Part shown: in pieces, positions 1 through 13,002 of the stretch | Layout of the letters: each line of letters opens with the position of its first letter | Numbering within the stretch: the first letter of the stretch is position 1 | The notes under the pieces: model-generated | Told to the model about the DNA's origin: nothing | Seen by the model: the letters and a program-made list of their open reading frames with translations, nothing else | Databases searched by the model: none | From: Lama guanicoe | Lineage: Eukaryota | NCBI GenBank assembly: GCA_013239625.1 | Contig: MU054117.1 | Location: forward strand, 3,586,677 to 3,650,676 | Reading direction: 5' to 3' | Length of the DNA stretch: 64,000 nt | Translations under genes and position numbers: made by a program

Positions 1-763
1 GTCTCTGGCCGTAGGAAAACCATTCTTACCTCCTCCCTCCTGGAGGGTTAAGGAAGGAGTCTCTACAACAAACTTTGGTCCCTACCCAAACACTGCCAGG
101 TGGCCTTCCTTGTAACATGACCCAGGTGCAGAGGCCAGCTTCCTCATAGGACTGTGAGGAGTGAGTGAGATGGTGCAGGGGAAGCACCCAGAGGGGGCCA
201 GTACATGCTAGATACTCAGGAAGTGCAGCTAACGGTTCCAGCACTCTTATACGCCCCACGCCCCCTCCCCTTTTTTTCTGGGCTGCGCATTAAGCAGACA
301 CTCCAGAGTTGTTTCCAGGGAGGCTGGGAGCAAGTGTTTTCCAGGATGTACTTCCCTGGGCTATGGTACCTGAGATGGCAGGTTCTTTCTTCACTGGAGC
401 TGCTGTCCCAAACCCCAGGACTTCCTTGGAAAACTTCCGATGGGACAGGCAGTGGGAGACTTCTCACCCTTTTCTGTGCTATCACTTTGCAGTCCTAGGA
501 GAATGACAGCCTTGCCCTCCCATGTTTGCAAAGGGAGCCATGGGATTCTCTGGGGACCGACACTGGAGTACAATTTAAATTGGAAGTGCTCCAGAGAGCA
601 AAAGATGCTTCCTTTTTTTTTAAGAAGTAGAGACTGAAGGAGTTGGCAAATGGGCCTTCGTAAATACAGAAGGACGAAATAGGATTTGATTTTTTCATTA
701 AATTTCTGGGTGAGTGGAGGCACAGAGCTCGGTGCGGGGCGCGGGGGATGCGGGGGGAGCGGG

Positions 764-1049
764 NNNNNNNNNNNNNNNNNNNNNNNNNNNNNNNNNNNNN
801 NNNNNNNNNNNNNNNNNNNNNNNNNNNNNNNNNNNNNNNNNNNNNNNNNNNNNNNNNNNNNNNNNNNNNNNNNNNNNNNNNNNNNNNNNNNNNNNNNNNN
901 NNNNNNNNNNNNNNNNNNNNNNNNNNNNNNNNNNNNNNNNNNNNNNNNNNNNNNNNNNNNNNNNNNNNNNNNNNNNNNNNNNNNNNNNNNNNNNNNNNNN
1001 NNNNNNNNNNNNNNNNNNNNNNNNNNNNNNNNNNNNNNNNNNNNNNNNN
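764..1049. other. Assembly gap (286 N) inside the CpG island
   Basis: Run of N flanked by G/C-rich sequence. Confidence 0.99.
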
Positions 1050-1118
1050 CGCGCCCCGGCTCCGGGGCGGCCCCGGGGCCCTCTCGCAGGCGGGCGGCGC
1101 GGCTCCCAGGGTGGCCGT

Positions 1119-1136
1119 GGCGGCGGCGGCGGCGGC
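1119..1136 (+). repeat. (GGC)6 repeat in the upstream/5' leader region
   Basis: gtGGCGGCGGCGGCGGCGGCgacc read directly. Confidence 0.9.
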
Positions 1137-1463
1137 GACCTTGGCCAGCGGCGCCCGCGGTGGCCGTAGGGCGGAGGCCGAGCCCCGCCAGGAGTCTTGG
1201 CCGAGCCGGGGGGCGGCGCATCTGGCGCTTGGATCCCCGCGGCGGCCCGGGGTCTGGAGCTGCCGGAGGAGCGCGGCGGGAGCCGGGACGTGCCGACCCG
1301 TCCGGAGGGCGGAGCCCCGCGGCCCCGAGCCCAGTCTGGGGCGGGGCAGGGGGCGAAGCCACGGTCTTTTCGGGCGTCCAGCGGCACACGCGCCGGGCTG
1401 CGGTTCCAGGTACCCCCAGCTCTAGCTCGCAGCAGGCGCGGATAACTGGAGGCGCGGAGCTGA

Positions 1464-3281
<1,818 letters not shown>

Positions 3282-4854
3282 TAGATACAGGCAGCGCCTG
3301 CACAGAAGGAAGGCACAGAGCAAAATGATCCCTTAGGGTTCCTTCTCATCCTCCACTACTTGCACCTCAGCTCCTGTTGACTTCTGACTCCCTCCCCTAC
3401 ATCCAGCGGTTGGCGCCAGAACCATATACCTGGACTGTCAACCTTGTTACCTGACCCCTGCAGCATCCAAGGTTTATCCATCTAAGTGACAGTTTTGAAA
3501 TTCTAATGGTGCCACCCATTCATGCCCATCTTCTGTCACATGGATGAGTTTTCCATCTGACCTTCCCTCAAGACTCTGACTTTTCATGTCTGGGACTTGT
3601 AATATCTCTAGGAACAGAAATGTCACCAGGATGGAAACCAGGCACCCCTTGGTCCTGTTTCTCCTTAGCATCCTTCGCTTTGGGGCATGCACCTGTCTTC
3701 ACTTCTGGCCACATGGTAACTAGCAGATGCTGGTGGACAGAAACAGTACCCATCCTGCCGTTTTCCTCCAGTGCCCTAGAACACCGGACCCTTGGTAGAG
3801 CTTTCAGCTGCACAGCCTCAAACTATGTTACTCATCTCTAATCTTGGATGGAATTAGAGAAACTACAATTAGGCTTGGCTGTTTGGAGGATCTTAGAGTC
3901 AATCTCGAACTAAAGGGGCCAATGGATTCCTCCAGGTGTCATCTGGCACAGTGGGCATCAATCTTTGGTCCACACTGAGTCCTCCTCACTCTGATCCCCT
4001 GACTCTAGCTTCCAGGAGGGTTCCCTCTCAGAGCCAAGTAAGTCTTTTTACATGCACGTGCCTTCCTGGGCAAGGAGCTGGAAAAGGGGGAGCCACAGAG
4101 CCTGGAGACACAGCTGACTAGAGTCAGGCACCTGGCTTGACTGCTTATCTGAGGATTAGACGATGCCACCTTGGGGCATGAGGGGGCAGAGGAATCTTGT
4201 CACCGACAGCAAATTTCTGTCCCTCACTTCCCCCAGCCCTCCCACTCTTCTTCCTGGGAATTTGGAGTAGGATTGCAGTTGAAGGCTTTCAAAAGTGGAC
4301 TCCAGCTTAAATCCACAGACAGGTAAAAGCACATATGGGATGCTAGTGTGGGTGGGTTTTTTTCTTCCTATTTTATAGGCAATGAAATAGGTGCTTTAGA
4401 GTAAGGAAGACACATTATTCCTTTGCTGACAGCTTCCCTGTTAGAGATTTTCTGCTGAGTCAAGCAAACATGCTCCTGCTCCGGCCCTTGGAGCGGCTGT
4501 AAACTGCTCTCACTGGTGAGGTGACGGCGTGGCGGTCCCACCTGCACTAAGCCTTCGTCTTCCATCGTGAGCCCCTCCTTCTGTCCCACTTGCCCGCTTC
4601 CCCTCCTCTCTCGCCTCGTAACATTGTCATTCATGTGTTGCCTTGATAAACTGTGATTTACTGTTCTGAGCTCTCCTGGGTGCAGTTCAGAAACCGAAAG
4701 GACTGTTAACATGTTTTAAATTTTATAATCTCGGCTCTAAGACTCTTGGATGAGAGTTTTTTTTTTTTTTTTTACAAAATATTTTCTCGAAGAGCAGCTT
4801 ATGAGGGACAGTCTCTTGAGGATTTTCCTGAGAGACACTGTGGCTCGTGTGAGT

Positions 4855-5040
4855 GCCAGATCTAAATCTGGATTTTGCCACACTTTACAGGGTAGCTTGG
4901 GTGCCATGGTTCCTCCTTGTGCCTCAGTTTCCCCACCCATTCAATGGGAACATTAATCTCCCCCCCCCCACCTCATGGGGAATGTTCTGTGAACTCATCT
5001 GGGGAGCCGGGAATGATGCTATGCAAATGTGTGAACTTTA
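4855..5040 (+). mobile_element. MIR SINE
   Basis: MIR core tgtgcctcagtttccccacc..atggga..acctcatgggg..ttctgtga. Confidence 0.7.
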
Positions 5041-5582
5041 GTAATGATTTCTAGTTCATTACCTTGTTTCCCCATCTCTCGCAGGCAAGGCATCCCCCCA
5101 CCCAGAGTTCCTGCCTTGCATCCAGAGCCCACAGACACGCCATTCTGGGCCCTTAGCTCTTTCCGCCCCTCCTTAGCCTCTTGAACTGGGCCTCAGTCCT
5201 TCTTCTTACCCTTCAGCAAGGAGGATGCTCTTTGGACAGATTCATTGGGATCCTTCCAGAGCCAGACACCATCTTGATTGACAGCTTGGCTTCTCCAAAC
5301 CTGAAATACAGTAGGAGATGCTCATGATTCAGACATCTGCCATGTCTGAGGCCATAAGGTGCCGGTGTTCCCAATCTCTTCAGTTACTCCTGGCTATTCA
5401 GGGGAGGAGAATGGCCCCCCCCAGAGGCAGAAGGGAGGCTCGTGGCCCAGGGTAAATGTGGGAACGTGTATGCACGTGTCTGTATGTGTATGTGTCCTCA
5501 TCCTCTTCACCATTTCCTTTTCAAGTCAGAGCATGCCTGAAAGTCAAGGGTTTACGGAGAGCGGGGCTCTCCAGGGACTCTG

Positions 5583-5596
5583 GTTGCCGTAGCAAC
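5583..5596. promoter_or_regulatory. RFX X-box-like palindrome
   Basis: GTTGCCGTAGCAAC fits GTTGCYNNRGCAAC. Motif match only. Confidence 0.45.
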
Positions 5597-6608
5597 CTTC
5601 CAGATGGTTCTCCCTGTCGTCTGATTTGGGCAACAAGGGAGAACGGGAGACTACATGCTCCCAGCTTCTGAAGTGGGGACACCTCCCACATTTGGGCTTA
5701 AGGGCCAGTAGTGCCAGGACAGGGCTGCGTGACCTTCAGAAAGTGAGGGGGTGCAGGGCCCCGAAGCTTCCTCCCCAGACCTTTCCTCCCGGTTTCCCTA
5801 CCCAGTCACGGAAGCTGCCTCATTTCACCCCCGAGTCTTCAGAAACTTGAATGCTAAGCAACTGCCAGTGAAACCAGTGTCCACATTATCTTTTCCAAAC
5901 CGGCCTTGGAGGAGACTGGCTTCTCCAGAGGCAGCCAGGCTGAACCGCACCGAGAGTCAGACTAGTTTTAGTCCATAATGGCACCGTGGGGTCTCACGGC
6001 CTCGGAGGGAGGCTCCTCCCAGCTCTTAGAGAGATGGAGAAGTGTACTCCTTCCTCCCGGGGGACAGTCTGGCTCCTGGGAGCAAGCTCTCGGGTGATTC
6101 TTCCTAAGACGTCAAAGAAAAGCTGAGAGGCTGTGCGCTGACCTGGTTTCTGGGAAGGATTCTGCCAAGCGATGCCCCTCTGACTCTCAGCCTCTCCGTG
6201 TGGACTTTGCCCCCTGAGCACTGAGAGACTCTGTGCCCCGTGTTGCCATGACAGCTGGGGTGGCAGTCCCACAGCTGCCAGCAGCGGGGCTCAGGCCATC
6301 CAACAACGTCACACCTGGCTCAGGCCAGCAGGAGCTCCCAGGGGTCTTCCTGGATCCGCCAGGCTCGGCTGAGGCGTGGGCTGTTCCTCCTGCCTGACCG
6401 TCCCCAGGAGAGATGGGGACAGCTGGCCCGATTTACATCTGAGGTAGGTTCTCCTGTTGGGGAATTTCCTTCTGGCTCAGTCCTTCAGGCCAAATGAGAA
6501 CAGGGCTGGGGAGGGGAGGGGGGAGGCAGGAGAGCGTGCATCTGGGGAGAATGAAGGCTTTATTGTCTTTGCTCAGCGGCCACCTCGCTCTCTTTCTGTG
6601 TATCTTTT

Positions 6609-6780
6609 TAAATCTTAAAAAAATTATGATGATTATTTTTAAGCTTTATTGGAGGGGAGGTAATTAGGTCTACTTATTTAAATACAAATTATTTTTTTAA
6701 TGGAGGTCCTGGGGATTGAACCTGGGACCTCGTGCATGTGAAGTTTGTGCTCTGCCCCTGAGCTGTACCCTCCACCCCCC
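6609..6780 (-). mobile_element. tRNA-derived SINE, Vic-1-like (camelid)
   Basis: Minus strand: ggagggtacagctcaggggcagag (A box)..ggttcaatccccagg (B box)..A-rich linker..ctaattacctcccc. Likely TSD gtgtatcttt (6598) / gtgtattttt (6781). Confidence 0.85.
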
Positions 6781-9700
6781 GTGTATTTTTGACTCCATGT
6801 ACTTTGCTCTCCTTTCCCGTTTCTGTGCCCTCACTGCTGCCGCCCTCCCCGAATCCCCTCCTCACCAGCCCCCTTTTCTCCACATTTCCCCCTTTCCTTC
6901 CTCTATTCACTCTCCCTTTCTCTGCCTTTTTGCCTTCTTCCCACACTTCTGGCTTTCCCCCACCTGCTGTTTTGCCCTCGTCTTCCTTCCCTGTGTGTCC
7001 TTCCAGCGGGCTCCCTCTCTCACCGCCTCACGGTCCGGGAGCGCCCGGGGGCCTGTCTGTGGCGGGCGTTCTCGGGGCTCTAGGACAGCTGTGACCACCG
7101 AGGGCGCTTGCTCAGAAGGTTGTCCTCCGGCTGGAGCACCCCCTTTCTCCTGCCATCTCCGCGCGCCCTCCTTTCCTGCGGTTCTCACCTCTGTGGGGAG
7201 AGTCGGGGGCTTCCGGAGCGAGTGAGGTCGCTGTGGGTTTAGAAAATGTCTCTGATGGAATTTCCCGAATCTGTAAGGATAAAACAGAGAAAGGGGGGGG
7301 AATGAAACTGATAGGTTTTGGGTAAATACTTTGCTTGTACAGCCCTGGAATATGCCCTCCTCTGGCTTCCCCAGCCTTAAGAAACTTGCAGAAAGGCTCA
7401 AACAAAGGCCCAGCGGAAACAGTGAGGTGAACCCAGAAAGGAGGCCTCAGGAGGAAGGCATGGAGCGAAACTAGCCTGGAAAAGGCCTTCGCCCAGGGGG
7501 GCCTTCTGACTGCCCTCTGTTCTCTCCCAGGCTCCCGGAACATCCAGCCGCCGCTCTCGTGTGCGCTGAGGCAGAGTAAAAGCACAGGGTGTGAATCTCA
7601 GTGATGCAAGGTGCAGGGGACACCGTGTGACAGGACGGGCTGAGACCCACCGCCCCATCCATGAGGAGGGCTGCGCCTCCTTGCCGGGGGCCCTGCAGGC
7701 TGGTCCCACCTGCACCAGGAAGCTTTCGGAGGCTGTGGGCGTTTCCTCAAATGGGATTATGGTGATGGTGGTGCAGCCCTAGAAGTTAACCAAGAAACTT
7801 CTCTGAGTTATTATTATTTTTAATGACATGAGGCTACCAGCCGAGGAGCTTCCTGTCTTGTCTGGGAGGTGGTTTGGTTTTCGACACCTAGAAGTCAAGC
7901 CTGCCTACACACGGGCCAGACTGAGGGTCAGGATGGGATGGGAGCTTCTCCCCCGCCACGTGGGGACACTTTAGAGCTTTCAAGCACTTGCTCCGTGCTA
8001 CGTGCACGCACGTCCAAGAGCTGTTTGTCTGCTTTGAATTTTGACAGTGAAGCCACTGTGGGACTGACACGCCCCTTTCTTTCTGCTCTGAAGGCGGGCC
8101 GAGCCGCCTCCGGCCCGTGCGGGGCCTGGGAAGCGCGCTGACCAGCATCAGCACGTCGGATATTCCTCACTGCGGAGGACGAGGGCAGTGCAGCTGCCCA
8201 GGGCGCTTACGCTTTGCTGGCAAAACGAAAGCAACCAAAAGCTCACAGACAAACCAGAAGACCCCACCTGGTCTCTGTGCTGTAAACTCAGGATTCCTCA
8301 GGAACCTGCACAGGAGGCACAGTGGCACCCTCCCGGCCTCCTCCCCGGCCTCCTCCCTGCGGCCGTCACTGACCCTCTGAGCCATCACACCGCTGATGGG
8401 GCCCCACTTTGACGCTTCCGTAAACAGAAGAAGTGGGGGTCAGAGTCTTCCCTTAGCGCGTCCTTCTGCAGGAGGCTCATCAGATGCCCGTCTCCTCTTG
8501 CTCTTACTTGCCTTCCGCTCACTCATCCCCCCCCCACACCTGCCCCTTGATGTTTTTGTCATGTGACACCTTCCAGTCCTGCTGCTCATCCTGCCTTCCC
8601 TCCACGGGCTGAGCTCTGGCTTTGGCAGTGTTCTGTCCCCTCCCTGGCATCTCTGCATATATGCCAAGACGGATTCCCAGGGAACTCTGTCCTCTGGGGA
8701 CCATCTGCCTGGAGCCGCCATGCTGGCTCTGATGGGCTGTGACTGTGCGTTATTGCCCCGGGAAGCAAAACTGGGTCTAATTCTGGCTTGTCAGGGTCAC
8801 TTAGGGAAGGGAAAGAAATCCATTCTTTAAACTGCAGGTTTGCTCTCTCCGTCGCCCTGGATGCTGAGCCCAGGGCTGCCCGGCTCTCCAGGGGCAGAAT
8901 AGGCCTGGGGTCCAGGGTTTGGGGGAAGAGGGAGGCTCCCAGATGTGGGCTACTGGGAGCCAGGGTAGATGGGCTCTTAGCCCTCTGGTTACCGTGCCCC
9001 CGGCGAACCACTCCTGTTCTGGGCCGCAGGTCCCTGTGGGGTTGGGGGTTGTCATTTCCTCCACCTCCCTCTGCTCTGAACTCCTGGAGAAAGGAGTTCA
9101 CCCCGCCTCTCTGTCCTGACTGGGTCCTCATCCCCTTGGAGCCCTAACGAGGGGGTGGAAACCTACTGGTGACCACTTTGGAAAGGTTATCCAAACAGGA
9201 CAGTGACTGCTTGTTCCCAGAACAGAAGGGGAAAAGGGGCGTACACTGTAGTAAACTCCATCTACGCTGGTCCCCCCTCGGCCATCGCCTAAACTACTGG
9301 GGACCCCGCCCTGGTGGGGTTTATGACAATTTTTTTTTAACATGATGCTTGCCTCATCATGGTTACTATGAAGTAGCTTTTTTTTTGAGTCTGTCAGGGA
9401 CCCAGCAGACACTCTTTGCCTGACCGTAAAAAACATCTTGGAACCTTAAGCGACCTCCGTCACAGGTGCAGGGCGAGCAGACAGACCCCGGCTCTCTGGC
9501 GAGTAAGCCGGCGGCGGGGTGGGGGGGCTGCAGCGCGCAGTCTGCCGCCGCTGCTATTTTTGACGTGCTTGCTTCCTCCCAGGGCCTGACAACCGCTGTC
9601 TCCAGGAGACAGACAAACCCGCTCTTGGCAGCAGAGACATTCTGCTTTGGAAAAGAACCGAGGAAGACAGCCCTGCAGCTGGGAGGGGCCGGGCCATGCC

Positions 9701-9844
9701 TCTCCCTCCTCCAGGATCTAAGACTGGGGCGCCACCCGCCTTGGGGCATCCACCCTCCCCCGTGGGAGTCGTCCTAACAGGGATGAGAAGGGCACCGTTC
9801 ATTTTAAACAGCATCTAAAATGCCCAGGGCCTTCAGACATGGCG

Positions 9845-10045
9845 TGTGTGACAGAGGTTAGGAGCCCAGACGCTGAGCCAGACAGTCTGGGTTCAAGTCC
9901 CATCTCTGCCACTTACCTGCTGGTGGCATCAAACAAATTCTGAAACCCTTCTGTGCCTCAGTTTCCTCCTCTGTAAATTGGATGCATAATCACAGTGACA
10001 ATCTTTCAGGGCTTTTTGAGGGTTAGCGGAGTTCATATATATGCG
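9845..10045 (+). mobile_element. MIR SINE
   Basis: ctgggttcaagtcccatctctgccacttac..ctgtgcctcagtttcctcctctgtaaattgg. Confidence 0.85.
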
Positions 10046-10080
10046 ATGTTTATGTAATATGTAACATTGTGTAGCAAGAT

Positions 10081-10170
10081 GCACGCAGTGTGACATGCAG
10101 CGACATGGAGGCACTGTACAGAGGCGCACGCGGTGTGACACGCAGCCACGTGGAGGCGCTGTACAGAGGT
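10081..10170. repeat. 45-bp tandem duplication (2 copies, 39/45 identical)
   Basis: gcacgcagtgtgacatgcagcgacatggaggcactgtacagaggc / gcacgcggtgtgacacgcagccacgtggaggcgctgtacagaggt. Confidence 0.9.
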
Positions 10171-11047
10171 TGGGGTGATTACTATGGGTAGGCTAGACAT
10201 TGTTTTCCTCTTTGGGAGGTAAGACAGCGGAGGCTCCGAGGGCAGGCTCAAGGGCGCACAGCTACCGCGTGTTGCGGTCCGTCACCCTCAGGGGAGAGGT
10301 AACGAGCAGAACGCAGCGAGGGTCTGCTTGGTACTAAGCCAGAAGAGAGAATGAATTCATGGTTCCTAAATGTGTACATAGGCTTTTATTTCTGTGCCGG
10401 CTTGTCCTTTGATGGAAACAGCACGCATCCTGTGCTCTTCTCGCTCGGCTCAGGAGGCACAGCGCTGCCTGTGCGTCTTTCTGCAGAGCCCTCCTCTCTC
10501 CGCCACGGTCCTCCTCCCCTCACGTGTTAGCATCCTCAGGGGCTGGCACTCGCTAGAGCCTTCTCACATGCTTCCTGGCGTCCTCCTCCCTGGGGCCAAC
10601 GCAGGGTCTCACAGTAAACGCTCGGGACCAATCCCATAACCGGACCCAGCTCAGTGTCTTCCTACACTGTTCTAGTGGCTTCCAAATCCCACTTCCCTCA
10701 GCGCCCCCTGTGTTCCCCGGCCACCTCCATGTCCCCATGCCCTTTCCCCTCTGCAGGTGGAGTGCCCTGTGGCATCCCTTCAGCGTGTTCCTGCTTCCTT
10801 TCAGCCTTTCAAGCAGAGGAGACAGGAGACCCTGGGTGGGAAGAAGTGGGCTCCCCGACTCCTGGGGGTCTCCATTTCCTTCCACTGTGACCGAAGCGCA
10901 TCGGGGGTCCCGACTCGGGCCAGAATGCTGTGCGCACACTCAGCTCACTCCCACAGCCACTGTCGCTCCCCCCGGGGGACCTGGCCCAGGGAGGGGCCCC
11001 AGGGCTGCCCTCCCCATTCTGAATTTAGAGCTTCCAGGCTTCCTTGC

Positions 11048-11180
11048 TTCTGGAGTCAGAGGATTTGGGTCTGAATCACTGTCTGTCAGCTGCGCCTCCT
11101 TTAAACCTCTCCAAGCTTCACTTTCGCCATCTGCAAAATGAGGATGTGAATTCTACTCGCCCCACTTGGTGGCTGTCAGG
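11048..11180 (+). mobile_element. MIR SINE fragment
   Basis: ctggagtcagaggatttgggtctgaatc..tttaaacctctccaagcttcactttcgccatctgcaaaatgaggat. Confidence 0.7.
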
Positions 11181-12662
11181 CTCGAACAGAGCTGCAAGTT
11201 GAAGGGTTTACAGGCAGTACCCTCTACCGGACATCCAAGGGGGCCTCAGTGACACTGACCAGTGGAAGCACCTGTGCCCTCAAAGAAGGGGGGGGCCCAG
11301 CCCACTGCAGTTTTGTTCTCTGAAACCCACATTTAAATGAAATGGGACATAAAAATAGACTCAGGATGGCAGGCTCTTAAACCAGAAGGCTCTTTGCCTA
11401 AAGGATTCATGGCAGAATCTCTTTAAATAAATTGCACTGAAGACTTGATTTAATACAAGGTAATCTGAAAGGGTCTTGTAAGAATAAGATGGCTAAACTG
11501 GTGATCTGTTTTTCAACGGTTAGTTTCCGACCCAAGTAGAACGAGGGCTGTCACTGAAGCCTTCCCGGGGGCACCAGCGTATCGGGAAGGGCAGCGTCCG
11601 GGGTCATGGATGGACAGAGGTGAGAGCCCGAAGGGGTGGTAAGGGTCCCTGTTTGTGAAGGAGGGAACTGATGGGGACCAGAGGGGTGGCTGACCTCCTG
11701 TCACACAGCCCATTGGGGCAGAGCTGAGCCCAGGACTCACATTCTCTGACTCCAACACAAGGCTGTTTTCCCACGGGAAGTGGAAACCTAAGGATTTTTT
11801 CAACATTTTTAAAAACCAATTTTATTCATCTCCTCCCAACCCCACACCTCGGCGGAGCTGTCCCTCGGAAGTGGAATTAAGTGCTTTTGAGTCTCACCCC
11901 TTGCTCCTGGCTTCCCAGGGGACAGAGGCAGCAGGCTTAGCTACAGAAACCCTTCGTCAGACAAGCAGCTCCTGGACGTTGACGGGAGGACCCCTAAGTG
12001 TTAGGTAATTGGCACTGGGCGAGAGGCTGGTGTTCGGGCTCCAACCTGGGCAGCCAGACCCTGGGCATCTCATGTCACTGTGTCAGAGGTTCTTTAATTT
12101 TTTAGGGCTTTGCCTTTGTTTTTGTTCTGGGCCCCAGGAAACTCATGGAGGAGGAAAGCAGGGGGTGTCTGGAGGTCTATATTTTGTAGAGGAAGGAGGG
12201 CATGCAGATGGTTAGCCTCTTACCCGGCAGTGCCGACCTCGGGCGCCCTGGGAAATGGAAGTCTGCTTCTGGACTCTTTTGTGCATTTTTTTGCCCTGGG
12301 GGAGAAAGAGAAGTTACTGTTGGGGCACAGATCACTTAGGCATCACAGGACGAGGGGCAGAAGGAAGGAAGTTTCCAGAGGCCATGGCAGCTGGGCCAGA
12401 AATCAGACAGGCGCTCGCCAGCTGCTTTAAGGCGATTTGGCATTGCCGGGAAGAGGGCGGAGTCTGGCGTGCTGGCGGGAGAAGCTGCGGCGTGCAGGGC
12501 TGCTGTCCTCCTTCCGGGCACGGGCACGCTTGCCAGGGGGAGCTCACACCTGTGCACGTGGGGAGCCCGGTCCTCACTGCCCCCAGCCTTGCTGGTAGTC
12601 ACCCGCTCCTCAGCTCGGAGTGTGTTGGGTTTTGTTCGATTTTATTTTATTTTACTTTACTG

Positions 12663-12712
12663 TTTCATTTCATTTCATTTCATTTCATTTCATTTCATTT
12701 CATTTCACTTCA
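12663..12712. repeat. (TTTCA)9 microsatellite plus one CTTCA
   Basis: Read directly. Confidence 0.95.
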
Positions 12713-12962
12713 TTTTTGTCTGCCCAGGTCCTCACTCACCCCCAGCCTTCCTGGCTACTCATCTGGAAGCGTGTTGGTTTTTGTTTAATTTAATTTAATT
12801 GTTTTTACTTTATTTTATTTTACTATCTCTTATCTTACTTTACTTTAGCTTCTTGCATTGTATCCTGTCGTACTGTTTTCTGCATCTGCACCCCGGGGGC
12901 ACACGGTTTTCCGTAAGTGTGGAATTCCAAACAGCCATCACAGAGCATCTAGCTGAGGCTTC

Positions 12963-13002
12963 AGAGGTTGCGCCTGATGAGAGGTTGCGCCTGACGAGAG
13001 GT
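12963..13002. repeat. 17-bp tandem repeat (~2.3 copies)
   Basis: agaggttgcgcctgatg agaggttgcgcctgacg agaggt. Confidence 0.9.

Noticed and set aside
6716..7225. 169-aa ORF and overlapping ORFs
   Set aside because: Starts inside a SINE and reads through a pyrimidine tract; no recognisable domain.
8148..8166. Weak RE1-like TCAGCACGTCGGATAT; also lone left half-sites near 15165 and 30430
   Set aside because: Three core mismatches or a missing right half; expected by chance.
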